Shown: positions 40,477 through 49,405 of the stretch, piece after piece | Layout: the number at the start of each line of letters is the position of its first letter | Numbering within the stretch: the stretch's first letter is position 1 | Assembly: GCA_018302125.1 (NCBI GenBank) | Contig: JAGWAC010000031.1 | Span: forward strand, 1-58,240 | Reading direction: 5' to 3' | Source: Candidatus Woesearchaeota archaeon | GTDB taxonomy: Archaea > Nanobdellota > Nanobdellia > SCGC-AAA011-G17 > JACPIM01 | Length of the DNA: 58,240 bases | Program-made: the position numbers and the translations under genes | Notes under the pieces: generated by a model | What the model saw: only the letters and a program-made list of their open reading frames with translations | The model's database searches: none | What the model was told of the DNA's origin: nothing

Positions 40477-41430
40477 TTAAATACTTTTCTTTAAGATTAA
40501 AATATTATAGCTATCATCTCCAATTTTAATAGTAATCTCTTTAAGTAATTTAAAATCATTAAAATATTCTTTAATTAATTCAGTCTTTTTAACAATTAAG
40601 CACATTTTATTTTTTACAATATATTTTGCTTGATGAAAAAATTCTGAATAAATTTTCCTTATATCAGGTTCTAAATTTCTTTTAGAAATAGATGGTAAAT
40701 ATGAAACAATTTTAACAGAATTTTTCTTAAATTTAGTATCCAACCAGTCTATTTCATTCTGGCTTAAATCAATTTTAACTTTAGCAACCTTAGAATTTAT
40801 TCTTGCATTCCTGATATTTTTATCAAAACCAAATACTTTTCCTTTTTTCATTAAACCAGCCTCAATAATTATAATTCCGTCCCTGCAAAAAGGATCAACT
40901 AAAACATCATTTTTTTTATAATCACTTAAAATTAAAGCAGCATAAGCAATTGTTGGATTTAAAGTTTCAGGATTTAATTTTACTCTATATTCTCTTTTAT
41001 GCAATTCATTTTTTTCCAATAAACCAATTAAGCAAAGATCATCAATAATATCAATGAAAATAATAGTTTCAGGCTCTTTAAAATCTAATTTAAATCCTTT
41101 TTTTTGTAAATAAATTCCAATTAACTTCTCAATATCTACAGATTTGAATTTATGCTGCCCATTCCGATTGCATTCAATTTTAAATTTCTTTTTTACTTTA
41201 ATCCTTAATTTTTTAAATTCATTTAGAATATCTTCTTCTTTTTTAAAATTGAATTTTTTATAAAGTTTATAAACTATTAGTAAACTTTTAAAATCTTTTT
41301 TTTCTGAAAATTTCTTAAATTCTATTCTTCCAGAATAAATTTTCTTTCCTTGAACTTCTTTTTCAGCAATTTCTTCCAATCCATTTAAGCAAATACCCAA
41401 ATAATTCATAAAAAAATAAGATAAACTCAT
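40477..41430 (-). CDS. THUMP-domain RNA methyltransferase
   Basis: THUMP N-terminus; LVDPFCRDG (degenerate DPFCGxG). Confidence 0.75.
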   Translation of the reverse strand: MSLSYFFMNYLGICLNGLEEIAEKEVQGKKIYSGRIEFKKFSEKKDFKSLLIVYKLYKKFNFKKEEDILNEFKKLRIKVKKKFKIECNRNGQHKFKSVDIEKLIGIYLQKKGFKLDFKEPETIIFIDIIDDLCLIGLLEKNELHKREYRVKLNPETLNPTIAYAALILSDYKKNDVLVDPFCRDGIIIIEAGLMKKGKVFGFDKNIRNARINSKVAKVKIDLSQNEIDWLDTKFKKNSVKIVSYLPSISKRNLEPDIRKIYSEFFHQAKYIVKNKMCLIVKKTELIKEYFNDFKLLKEITIKIGDDSYNILILKKSI

Positions 41431-41447
41431 TTTATATAATTTCTTAT

Positions 41448-41720
41448 TTAATAGACTATTATGAAATCTTTGAATTCAGCAGTAAATTCTTCCTCTTTAA
41501 TATCAATGCTTTTTATGTCGGACCCATCAGAACCTTTATTGCAAATACTAATAATTTGATTTATTTTGTCATCTTCACCCTCAAAAACGCATTCTACCCT
41601 CCCATCAGGTAAATTTTTAACAAATCCTTTTAAATCCAATAAAATCGCATTTCTTTTAACAAAACTCCTAAAAGAAATTCCTTGAACTAAACCAGAAACA
41701 AATAATCTAACTCTCCTCAT
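41448..41720 (-). CDS. acyP: acylphosphatase
   Basis: VSGLVQGISFR, GFVKNLPDGRVE. Confidence 0.92.
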   Translation of the reverse strand: MRRVRLFVSGLVQGISFRSFVKRNAILLDLKGFVKNLPDGRVECVFEGEDDKINQIISICNKGSDGSDIKSIDIKEEEFTAEFKDFIIVY

Positions 41721-42052
41721 TATTTCTCTGAAGCTAAAATAAAAACTTCTCTGATAGCGACAACTAAAGCAGCCGGGGCAACAAATAAAACAATATTGCT
41801 TAAAGAAACTTGCAATTCCAAACCTATAAAAGGCAGACTATTAACTTTTGCTAAAGCCCCAACCAACATTAAAGCAATTGCAGCAACTAAAAAACCTTGA
41901 ACTTCTTTTTCAGTAATATTCATTAAACCAACAACTAAACCTAAAACAACTAAAACAGTTAAAGCAACTCCCGAAGCCTCTCCAGATATAAACCCTAATA
42001 CCAAAGCCAACACTAATCCAGCAACAAAAACCCAAGTTCCCAATTCTTCCAT
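41720..42052 (-). CDS. small multi-pass membrane protein
   Basis: Four hydrophobic segments, GLMNIT.KE. Confidence 0.7.
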   Translation of the reverse strand: MEELGTWVFVAGLVLALVLGFISGEASGVALTVLVVLGLVVGLMNITEKEVQGFLVAAIALMLVGALAKVNSLPFIGLELQVSLSNIVLFVAPAALVVAIREVFILASEK

Positions 42053-42053
42053 A

Positions 42054-43085
42054 CTATTTTCTAATTAAATCAGCTATATAAATATTATTACTATTCTCTA
42101 CAATCTTCAAATTTATTTTATCACCTATTTTAGAATTGCATTTATTCACATTAATGCATCTATCCTTTGCTTTAGCAATTACTTGATCTTCAAACCATCC
42201 CTTACAAACTACTATTCCTTGTATTTTTTCATTAATATCAAAAACCAAAGGTAAAGATTTTCTTCTTATAATTGTAGGGTCTTCTTCAGTAAATTTTAAT
42301 TTTATCCCAAATTCTTTTTCCCAATCTTGTAATTGTTTATAAAATTTCCAGTAATTTATTTTTTTTGCTTTTTTCATTTTCCTGCTGTACTGGTAAGTCT
42401 CATATTTTTGTATTGCAATATTAAAAGAATTTTCTTTTGCAAATTTAATTAATTCCTTAATATCATTATCATTTATATTAGGAATCCATACAGGAGTTAG
42501 CCATAAATCTATTTTTGTATCTTTTATATAATTCAACATTTCCTTTACTTTTTCAATATTATAATTCTGGCTCCCAAAAAGCATTTTGGCTTTTAAAGAT
42601 TCTAAAGAGTGGACTGAAACATTTAATCTGTTTAATCCAGCTATTTCCAAACTGTCAACCAATTTTTTATTTAATAAAGAACCATTAGTTATAACATCAA
42701 TTTTACTAATATTACTAATTTTTCTTAATTTACTAACTAAATCAGAAAATTTTGGGTGTGTAAGTGGATCTCCCACAGAATCTAAAAAAATATGTATATC
42801 ATTTCCTTTAAAAGCAATAATCTTTTTTATCTCCTGAATTAAATAATCTATATCAACAATATAATTAACAGGGTGGATATCAAAACTATTTGCTGCTGTT
42901 GAACAAAACCCACATAACATATTACAAACAGAAGTACATCTAACTTGCAAAAGATTAGTTCCTCTATCAATAATACCAAAAGCTATTGCTCCAATTAAGG
43001 GAATTTCACTTTCCTTCGTAACATTAATTAATGAAGGTTTTAGCTGTTCCCGTCCCTTATGAATTAATTGTAGATTCATGTTCAA
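42054..43085 (-). CDS. radical SAM protein with C-terminal TRAM-like domain
   Basis: CNMLCGFC, GDPLTH, TNGSLL. Confidence 0.88.
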   Translation of the reverse strand: MNMNLQLIHKGREQLKPSLINVTKESEIPLIGAIAFGIIDRGTNLLQVRCTSVCNMLCGFCSTAANSFDIHPVNYIVDIDYLIQEIKKIIAFKGNDIHIFLDSVGDPLTHPKFSDLVSKLRKISNISKIDVITNGSLLNKKLVDSLEIAGLNRLNVSVHSLESLKAKMLFGSQNYNIEKVKEMLNYIKDTKIDLWLTPVWIPNINDNDIKELIKFAKENSFNIAIQKYETYQYSRKMKKAKKINYWKFYKQLQDWEKEFGIKLKFTEEDPTIIRRKSLPLVFDINEKIQGIVVCKGWFEDQVIAKAKDRCINVNKCNSKIGDKINLKIVENSNNIYIADLIRK

Positions 43086-43233
43086 GTTTTAATTTTTCGA
43101 ATTTTTTAGTTTTATAAATCTTCTGAGCAAGAAAACTTCAGGCTTTTACAGGCTGAGTAGTTTACATACTTTTTCAATCCACATACTTATTAAGAAAACT
43201 TTTATAAACAATGCTTTTTATTTTGAGAATTCT

Positions 43234-45243
43234 ATGATCTTAGGCAGAATAATTGGTAAAGTAACAACAAAAGAATTCACGTTTAAGGTAGAAAATAAGG
43301 CAGAAAAATTTGAATATGTGCAGATTCTTCATGATAATAAGTATATTTTAGCACAGATAGTGGAGATAGAAAAAGATATAGAAAAAGAAATAGCAATATG
43401 TAATGTTATTGGTTTTCGAGATGAAGATAATATACTAAAAACCTTAAAAACACCCTTCGCGCCAGGATATGAAGTTCTGAAAGCAGATGAAAAATTCATA
43501 AAACAAATTCTAAATTTGACAAAAACAGAAAATTCAGCTTTTATTGGAAAATTAAGCTACTATAATATTGACGTTTTCCTGGATCTAAATAAATTATTAA
43601 ACAAGCATATATCAGTTCTCGCAAAATCAGGTTCAGGAAAAAGCTTTTGTGCTTCTGTAATAATAGAAGAATTAATAGAAAAAAACATCCCCGTTCTGAT
43701 TATAGACCCTCACGGAGAATATAATGCATTAAAATATCCAAGTTCAAGCAAGGATAAATTAGAAAAATTTGGTTTAAAACCAAAGGGTTATTTAAAAAAT
43801 ATTCAAGAATATTCTCCAGATATATCTATTAATTCTGAGTGCAAGCCGTTAAAATTATCTGCTGTAAACATTTCAACAAGTGAATTAATGCATTTATTGC
43901 CGGCTAAATTAAATAATCAGCAAAAAGGAGTCTTGTATGCAGCACTAAAAAATATGGACAGCATTGACTTTAATTCTTTGATTTATTTTTTAGAATCCCA
44001 GGAATCTAATGTAAAATATACTTTAATAAGTATTATAGAATACTTAAAAAAATTAAATTTGTTTTCAGAAGAATTTACTTCGCTAAATGAATTAATTGTA
44101 CCTGGGAAATGTACAATTATAAATTTAAAAGGAATAGATCAGGAAATTCAGGAAGTTGTTGTATATAAATTAGCAAAAGACCTTTTTACAGAGAGAAAAA
44201 AAGGCAATATCCCCCCATTTTTTTTGGTTCTTGAAGAATCTCATAATTTTATTCCAGAAAGAAGTTTTTCAGAAGCAAAATCTTCTCCAATTTTAAGGCA
44301 GATTTTTGCAGAAGGAAGAAAATTTGGTCTTGGATGCTGTCTTATTAGCCAGAGACCATCTCGTGTCGATAAAAGCGCATTATCACAAATTACAACACAA
44401 ATTATTTTAAAAATTACTAACCCTAATGATATCAGAGCAGTATCAAATTCAGTAGAAGGAATAACATTAGAAACAGAAAAAGAAATTAAGAATATCCCAA
44501 TAGGAACAGCCCTGGTTGCAGGAGTTGTTGACCTCCCTTTATTTGTAAATATTCGGCCAAAAAAAACAAGGCATGGTGGAGAAAGCATAAGTCTTTTGGA
44601 TTCTGTAAGGCACATCCCGATTGAAAAAGATTCTGAAAATTTTGATGAAGATGTTAAAGATTCTGAAATTCTCCCAGTAATTAAGCAGAAAAACTCAGTT
44701 CAGGATTTAAAATTAATGGATGAATCAATAAAAACCATAAAAAGTGTCTTAATTCCTTGTGCTTATTTAACGTGCATAATAGATAAGGAAGAAACTCATT
44801 TGTTGGTAAACCTGAATACTGGTGAAATGATCAATGATTTTGAAAAAGGAAAAGGCAAAAAGGTGGATTTTTCCTTGCCTCAATTAAGCCCGACACAAAA
44901 TAAAATATTCAAGACAGCTCTCGATTTAAAGGAATTTTCAGCAGCAGAATTATTTTCCAGGTCTGGAGTCCAGTTTTCAGAAATATATGATATCATTAAT
45001 ATTTTAATTAATAAAGGATTGTTTATAAAAGAAAATTCTGCTTTTAAGCTAAGCCAGAAATTCAACTTAAACTTCAAGGATTTTTCTTGTTATGAAAAAG
45101 TGGATTATAACAAAGTAAATTCAGATCTAAAGCTTGAAAAAAAATTAAATCAAAATGATGTAAGGAATTTCTTCTCTTCCTTTGTTATAGTTAAAAACTT
45201 CAGGGAATGTTATTTGCAGACTTATGAAATTAAAAATAAGTAA
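43234..45243 (+). CDS. HerA-like ATPase (HAS barrel, DUF87) with C-terminal extension
   Basis: AKSGSGKS, IIDPHGEY, LEESHNF, EGRKFG, SQRPS. Confidence 0.88.
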   Translation: MILGRIIGKVTTKEFTFKVENKAEKFEYVQILHDNKYILAQIVEIEKDIEKEIAICNVIGFRDEDNILKTLKTPFAPGYEVLKADEKFIKQILNLTKTENSAFIGKLSYYNIDVFLDLNKLLNKHISVLAKSGSGKSFCASVIIEELIEKNIPVLIIDPHGEYNALKYPSSSKDKLEKFGLKPKGYLKNIQEYSPDISINSECKPLKLSAVNISTSELMHLLPAKLNNQQKGVLYAALKNMDSIDFNSLIYFLESQESNVKYTLISIIEYLKKLNLFSEEFTSLNELIVPGKCTIINLKGIDQEIQEVVVYKLAKDLFTERKKGNIPPFFLVLEESHNFIPERSFSEAKSSPILRQIFAEGRKFGLGCCLISQRPSRVDKSALSQITTQIILKITNPNDIRAVSNSVEGITLETEKEIKNIPIGTALVAGVVDLPLFVNIRPKKTRHGGESISLLDSVRHIPIEKDSENFDEDVKDSEILPVIKQKNSVQDLKLMDESIKTIKSVLIPCAYLTCIIDKEETHLLVNLNTGEMINDFEKGKGKKVDFSLPQLSPTQNKIFKTALDLKEFSAAELFSRSGVQFSEIYDIINILINKGLFIKENSAFKLSQKFNLNFKDFSCYEKVDYNKVNSDLKLEKKLNQNDVRNFFSSFVIVKNFRECYLQTYEIKNK

Positions 45244-45248
45244 TATGA

Positions 45249-46248
45249 TTAATTATATAAATTCCTATTCATAAATACCTTTTTAGTTTTGACAACTAAT
45301 CCCTTGTCTTTTTCCAGAATTTTGTCAAAATCTATCTCTGTAATCCCTAAACAAATTAGTTCATCTTTCAAAGTCATAACAGCAACTAATTCATTAGCCT
45401 GAATGTTTTTATGTAATTTAACAACACCAGGAGAATAAAGATCAGAGCCATGGCATAGATTATTCACAGCACCGTCAAAAACCCATATTTTATTTAAGTG
45501 TTCAACGCCTTTTTCAACAGGCAGGATTATTTTTCTTATTTCTTTTTCATTTTTTTCTTTTTCATACAAAGTAAATGCATCTTTTATATCATGTAAAGTG
45601 CAAGAATGTTCAATAGAAAAAGGGCCAGCTTTAGTTCTAATCAATTCAGCCATATGTGCCCCAGTTCCTATTTTCTTCCCGAAATCATCAACTAATTTTC
45701 TTATATAAGTTCCTGCTTCGCATCCAACCTTAAATAATAAATCTTTATCTTCTAACTCCAAAATCTTAAAATAATAAATCTCTCTTTGTCTAATCTGTCT
45801 TTTTACAGCACTTTTTCTCGGGGGCAATTGTTTAATGCTACCAGTAAATTCCTTTACAGTTTTTTCAATATCTTCCAAAGAAACTTCTTTATGTAAATGC
45901 ATTATTCCCACATATTCTTTTCCAGCAACTAATAAAGTTTGAACTATTCTTGTAGCTTTATCTAAAGCAATTGGTAAACAGCCCGTAACACCAGGATATC
46001 CTTGGTTATTTTTTAACCGCTAAGGTCCCAGAGTGGCCTGCTTTATTTATTTCAAATATTCTTTGCACATAATCCGAAATTTGATGAGAAGTTGGACCGC
46101 TTGGTTTGTTGATATTTACAATCCCATAATGAATTAATTCCTCAATTTTTCTTTTATTTGGATCACAACCAAATTCAGGATTTGTCTTTCCTTCTTTCCT
46201 AACTATTATTTCTCTATCCGTTTTTTCAAATGGTAATAAATCTTTCAT
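45249..46248 (-). CDS. cbf5: Cbf5 H/ACA pseudouridine synthase, two exons (46248-46020 and 45997-45249), 325 aa spliced
   Basis: NKPSGPTSHQ, GHSGTL|DPGVTG, GTYIRKL, PUA domain; exons sum to 978 nt in frame. Confidence 0.93.
45998..46019 (-). other. 22-nt BHB mRNA intron within the cbf5 catalytic Asp codon
   Basis: CTGGGA-CCTT-AG^C-GGTTA-AAAAA-TAACC-AAGG-AT^A-TCCTGG. Confidence 0.92.
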
Positions 46249-46667
46249 TAAAATTTAGCTGTATCCTCTATTTTAATATCTAACTCTTTTGCTTTTCCAG
46301 CATTCATTTCTAATACATATAGGGCTTTTTGATTATTTTTATAAATCTCACATTTTTCTTTACAGGGTTGTGCATTCTCCTGTATAAATACAACTTCTTT
46401 ATTTGAATTAATCCAAATTATATCTAAAGGAATTAGAGTATCTTTCATCCAAACTCCATAAATACCTTCAAAATCAAAAACAAATAACATTCCTTTATAT
46501 TCCAGTAAATTAGTTCTATTCATTAATCCTTTTGCTCTTTCAGATTCAGAATCAGCAACTTCAACATCAAAACAATTCTCCTCAAAACAAATTTTTTGAA
46601 TTTCTAAAGAACACCCATTAATTAATATTAAAGTTATTAAAAATAAAAGACAAATATAAAGTTTCAT
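46248..46667 (-). CDS. DUF192 family protein
   Basis: ERAKGLM, GMLFVF, WMKDTLIPLDIIWI, VLEMNAG. Confidence 0.9.
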   Translation of the reverse strand: MKLYICLLFLITLILINGCSLEIQKICFEENCFDVEVADSESERAKGLMNRTNLLEYKGMLFVFDFEGIYGVWMKDTLIPLDIIWINSNKEVVFIQENAQPCKEKCEIYKNNQKALYVLEMNAGKAKELDIKIEDTAKF

Positions 46668-46727
46668 AATAAAAAGTTGGAGTTTTATATTTATATATAT
46701 TTTTGATTAAACTTTTTCATAAAAAGT

Positions 46728-47252
46728 TTACTTGGCAATCATTTCTTTTTTGTCTTTTCTTTTCGGTCTGTCTTTTCCCCTGATTTTTTCTTCCTGTTCC
46801 TTAGTTAATTCTTTTATTTCTATGCCTATTTTTTTCTTTTCTGTTGTAGGTTGTTCTAAAACCTTTTTCTTTTCTTCCTCTTGTTGTTCTTTCTTAACAG
46901 CTTCTGAATCAACTTTATCCATTAAAGCTCTTACTTCTTCTTTCTTAGCAACTTCTTTAACAGGTTTTTCAGGAATTTTTTCTTCTGGCGCTCCTACTAA
47001 TTCAGCTTTTACTATGCCTGTTTTATCTTTAATAGTTTTGACAAGAACATGATGTGGAACATTTTTCCTTCCATTTTTCAAAATAGCCTGGTTCAAATAT
47101 CTACCAATTTTAACATTTTCAGATTTCATATGCTTGACTAAAAATTCCCTAAGAGCTCTTGAAGCTTTAGCAGCCCTAACATATTTTGGTACTTTCATTG
47201 CTTCTTTTCTCAATGGTACATTATATATTCTTTCTATTTCTTGTTCTGTCAT
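46728..47252 (-). CDS. rpl31e: ribosomal protein eL31 with charged C-terminal tail
   Basis: ERIYNVPLR, RAAKA, VKIGRYLN. Confidence 0.92.
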   Translation of the reverse strand: MTEQEIERIYNVPLRKEAMKVPKYVRAAKASRALREFLVKHMKSENVKIGRYLNQAILKNGRKNVPHHVLVKTIKDKTGIVKAELVGAPEEKIPEKPVKEVAKKEEVRALMDKVDSEAVKKEQQEEEKKKVLEQPTTEKKKIGIEIKELTKEQEEKIRGKDRPKRKDKKEMIAK

Positions 47253-47314
47253 TTTTTATTTTCACTGAGCACTTTTCTTAAAAAGGTTTTTTTGATTAAA
47301 CTTTTTTTAAAAGT

Positions 47315-47488
47315 TTATGCCCGAGTCTTTACTCTTCTCCAGTGTCTTTTTACTTGAGTATGTCTTCCAGGATGAACTCTTCTTTTAGGCCCATATATTT
47401 TTAAAACTGTCCAAAAAGGAGCCCACTTAGTTTGACTCATTCTCTTCATTAATCTTTTCTTTTTTGCTGCTGGTTTGACTCTTGCCAT
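47315..47488 (-). CDS. rpl39e: ribosomal protein eL39 (not in ORF track)
   Basis: MARVKPAAKKKRLMK...WAPFW...KRHWRRVKTRA; lies between PDCD5 and eL31 as in the archaeal operon. Confidence 0.9.
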   Translation of the reverse strand: MARVKPAAKKKRLMKRMSQTKWAPFWTVLKIYGPKRRVHPGRHTQVKRHWRRVKTRA

Positions 47489-47527
47489 TTTTTCGTATGT
47501 TTTTTGCTAGAGCATTTTTAAAAAAGC

Positions 47528-47788
47528 TTATTTAATTATTCTAAATTGTTTTTTATTTTCTTGAAGTTTTTTTAAAATCTCCTTAAACTCAGCATCAGTT
47601 AATTTTTGATTTAAATACTTTTGGTTTATAGATTGTACAATAAATATTCCCACCTGTAAAGCAAATTCAGGGTTAGCTGTTTTAATAGCAAAATATCTTG
47701 ATAAAGCTCCTTTATCTAAACATGTTCTTAAATTGTTTTCAAGAAGAATTATTTGTTTCTGAATATCTTCTGATGGATCATTTTGCAT
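47528..47788 (-). CDS. PDCD5-like DNA-binding protein
   Basis: ALSRYFAIK..NPE, LTDAEFKEIL; conserved gene order. Confidence 0.8.
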   Translation of the reverse strand: MQNDPSEDIQKQIILLENNLRTCLDKGALSRYFAIKTANPEFALQVGIFIVQSINQKYLNQKLTDAEFKEILKKLQENKKQFRIIK

Positions 47789-48200
47789 TTTGTGATATTT
47801 TGTCTAAAAAACTTTTTCCTTTAGGAGTCAAAGTTCTTCCCTTCTTATTCTTAATTTCAGCTTTTTTAACCAATTCTGCTTTCTCAAGCTGCTGTAAAAT
47901 AGTTCTTATAATCTTTCCACCAGAGTTATATGTGTGCTCTGGTTTATGTCCATTGTTTTTTCTAGAACTATATTTTACTCTTAATCTATTAACTCCTATT
48001 AAATTATTAATATAAACCTTTCTTAAAATTGAAGCAGCTCTCTTATACCACCAGTCTTGCTCTAAAGGTGGTCTTTCTTTTGCTACCCCAGTTTTTACAA
48101 AGCTTGCCCAATCAGGCATTTTCAAAATATCAATTTTCTTTAATTCTTCAGCTGCTTTTTCAACTAACTTTGATTGGTCTGCATTATATATTCTTGTCAT
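47778..48200 (-). CDS. rps19e: ribosomal protein eS19
   Basis: PDWASFVKTG, WWYKRAASILRK, LQQLE. Confidence 0.95.
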   Translation of the reverse strand: MTRIYNADQSKLVEKAAEELKKIDILKMPDWASFVKTGVAKERPPLEQDWWYKRAASILRKVYINNLIGVNRLRVKYSSRKNNGHKPEHTYNSGGKIIRTILQQLEKAELVKKAEIKNKKGRTLTPKGKSFLDKISQNAK

Positions 48201-48442
48201 ATCTTTCTTCCCTAGAAAAAAACCCTATATAAAATTTACTATTTTTTGATTCTGTAAAGTTAATTAATACTGGTTCAATTAAGCCTATAAATATATTATA
48301 AATCACTTATAACATATTGTTTTTTTGAATAATTTTTACAATGTAAAAATAGGTTTTTAGAAGTTATAAGTTGATTTTTATTAAAAATCTGGCTTGAAAA
48401 TTTTAATAAATTAGAAAATTATACAGAGTCTCCTTTTAGAAT

Positions 48443-49315
48443 TTAAAATATAAATAAGCCTTTTACAAATTTAAAAAATCCACCTAAAAAGCTTTTTCTC
48501 TGTTCCTCTTCTTGTTCTTTAAATTCCTCTCTTAAAATTATCCTGTTGCAAGTTCCATCAACATCACATTCTTGTCTATCAGGACATCCACACAAACTGC
48601 AAACTTCTTTTAATTCCCCATTCTGGCAAAAATTAGGTTTTTTAGAACTGCAAAACCCATATCTTGTGCCGTCAAAACAAGTTCTAGGGACACATACTCC
48701 GCTGGCAGTACATTCGCTATTCAATGGACATCCACAAGACTGGCAATCATTCATCAATGCGCCAGCATCACAATATTTAAAACTCGAAGGCGAACATTGA
48801 AAATAAGGCGTTCCATCTTCACAAATTTTTCTGCTTAAATCTAAATAAAAGTCTTCAAAATGAGAAAATTCTCCCCAGCCAAAAGAATCTTTAGATTTCA
48901 TTCTCCAATAATAAATCTTATCGCCTTCTAAAAGATAAATTTTTCTTTTTGTTTCACTTAATCCATAATAAGAAGATGGACTAATAAATCTTGGTTCATC
49001 GTCTATTTCTAGATTATATCCTAAAATTTCATCATTTTCAAAATCAGAATAACTCCAGCTAAATTCTACTAAATTTCCAGAAACCACCCATAAATTTGAA
49101 GGATAATTTAGAGTCACAACTGGCAATTTATTTTTAACATATCCTTGATCTCCAATTCTAAAAAAAATTCTTGATCCGGGTTGATTTTCATCTGGCCTTG
49201 AAACATCAAGAGCCCCAGTGCCCCCACCATAGCCATAAGTATTAACAGCTGCATATGCAAAGGGATTAATTAATAGAATTACAAATACAAATAAAAAAAT
49301 TCTTTTTACCACCAT
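48443..49315 (-). CDS. secreted/membrane protein with FnIII-like and Cys-rich repeats
   Basis: Signal peptide; FSWSYSD, YYWRMKS; repeated C.DGT.Y..CS..K..C..G.L...C..CGCP. Confidence 0.7.
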   Translation of the reverse strand: MVVKRIFLFVFVILLINPFAYAAVNTYGYGGGTGALDVSRPDENQPGSRIFFRIGDQGYVKNKLPVVTLNYPSNLWVVSGNLVEFSWSYSDFENDEILGYNLEIDDEPRFISPSSYYGLSETKRKIYLLEGDKIYYWRMKSKDSFGWGEFSHFEDFYLDLSRKICEDGTPYFQCSPSSFKYCDAGALMNDCQSCGCPLNSECTASGVCVPRTCFDGTRYGFCSSKKPNFCQNGELKEVCSLCGCPDRQECDVDGTCNRIILREEFKEQEEEQRKSFLGGFFKFVKGLFIF

Positions 49316-49405
49316 CTTTTTATTATTAATACAATAAAAATATTATATAAATCTTTCTTTCGCATCTCGCAAAAGCTTTTCATTTGGTTTTCCCCAAAGG
49401 CTTTT

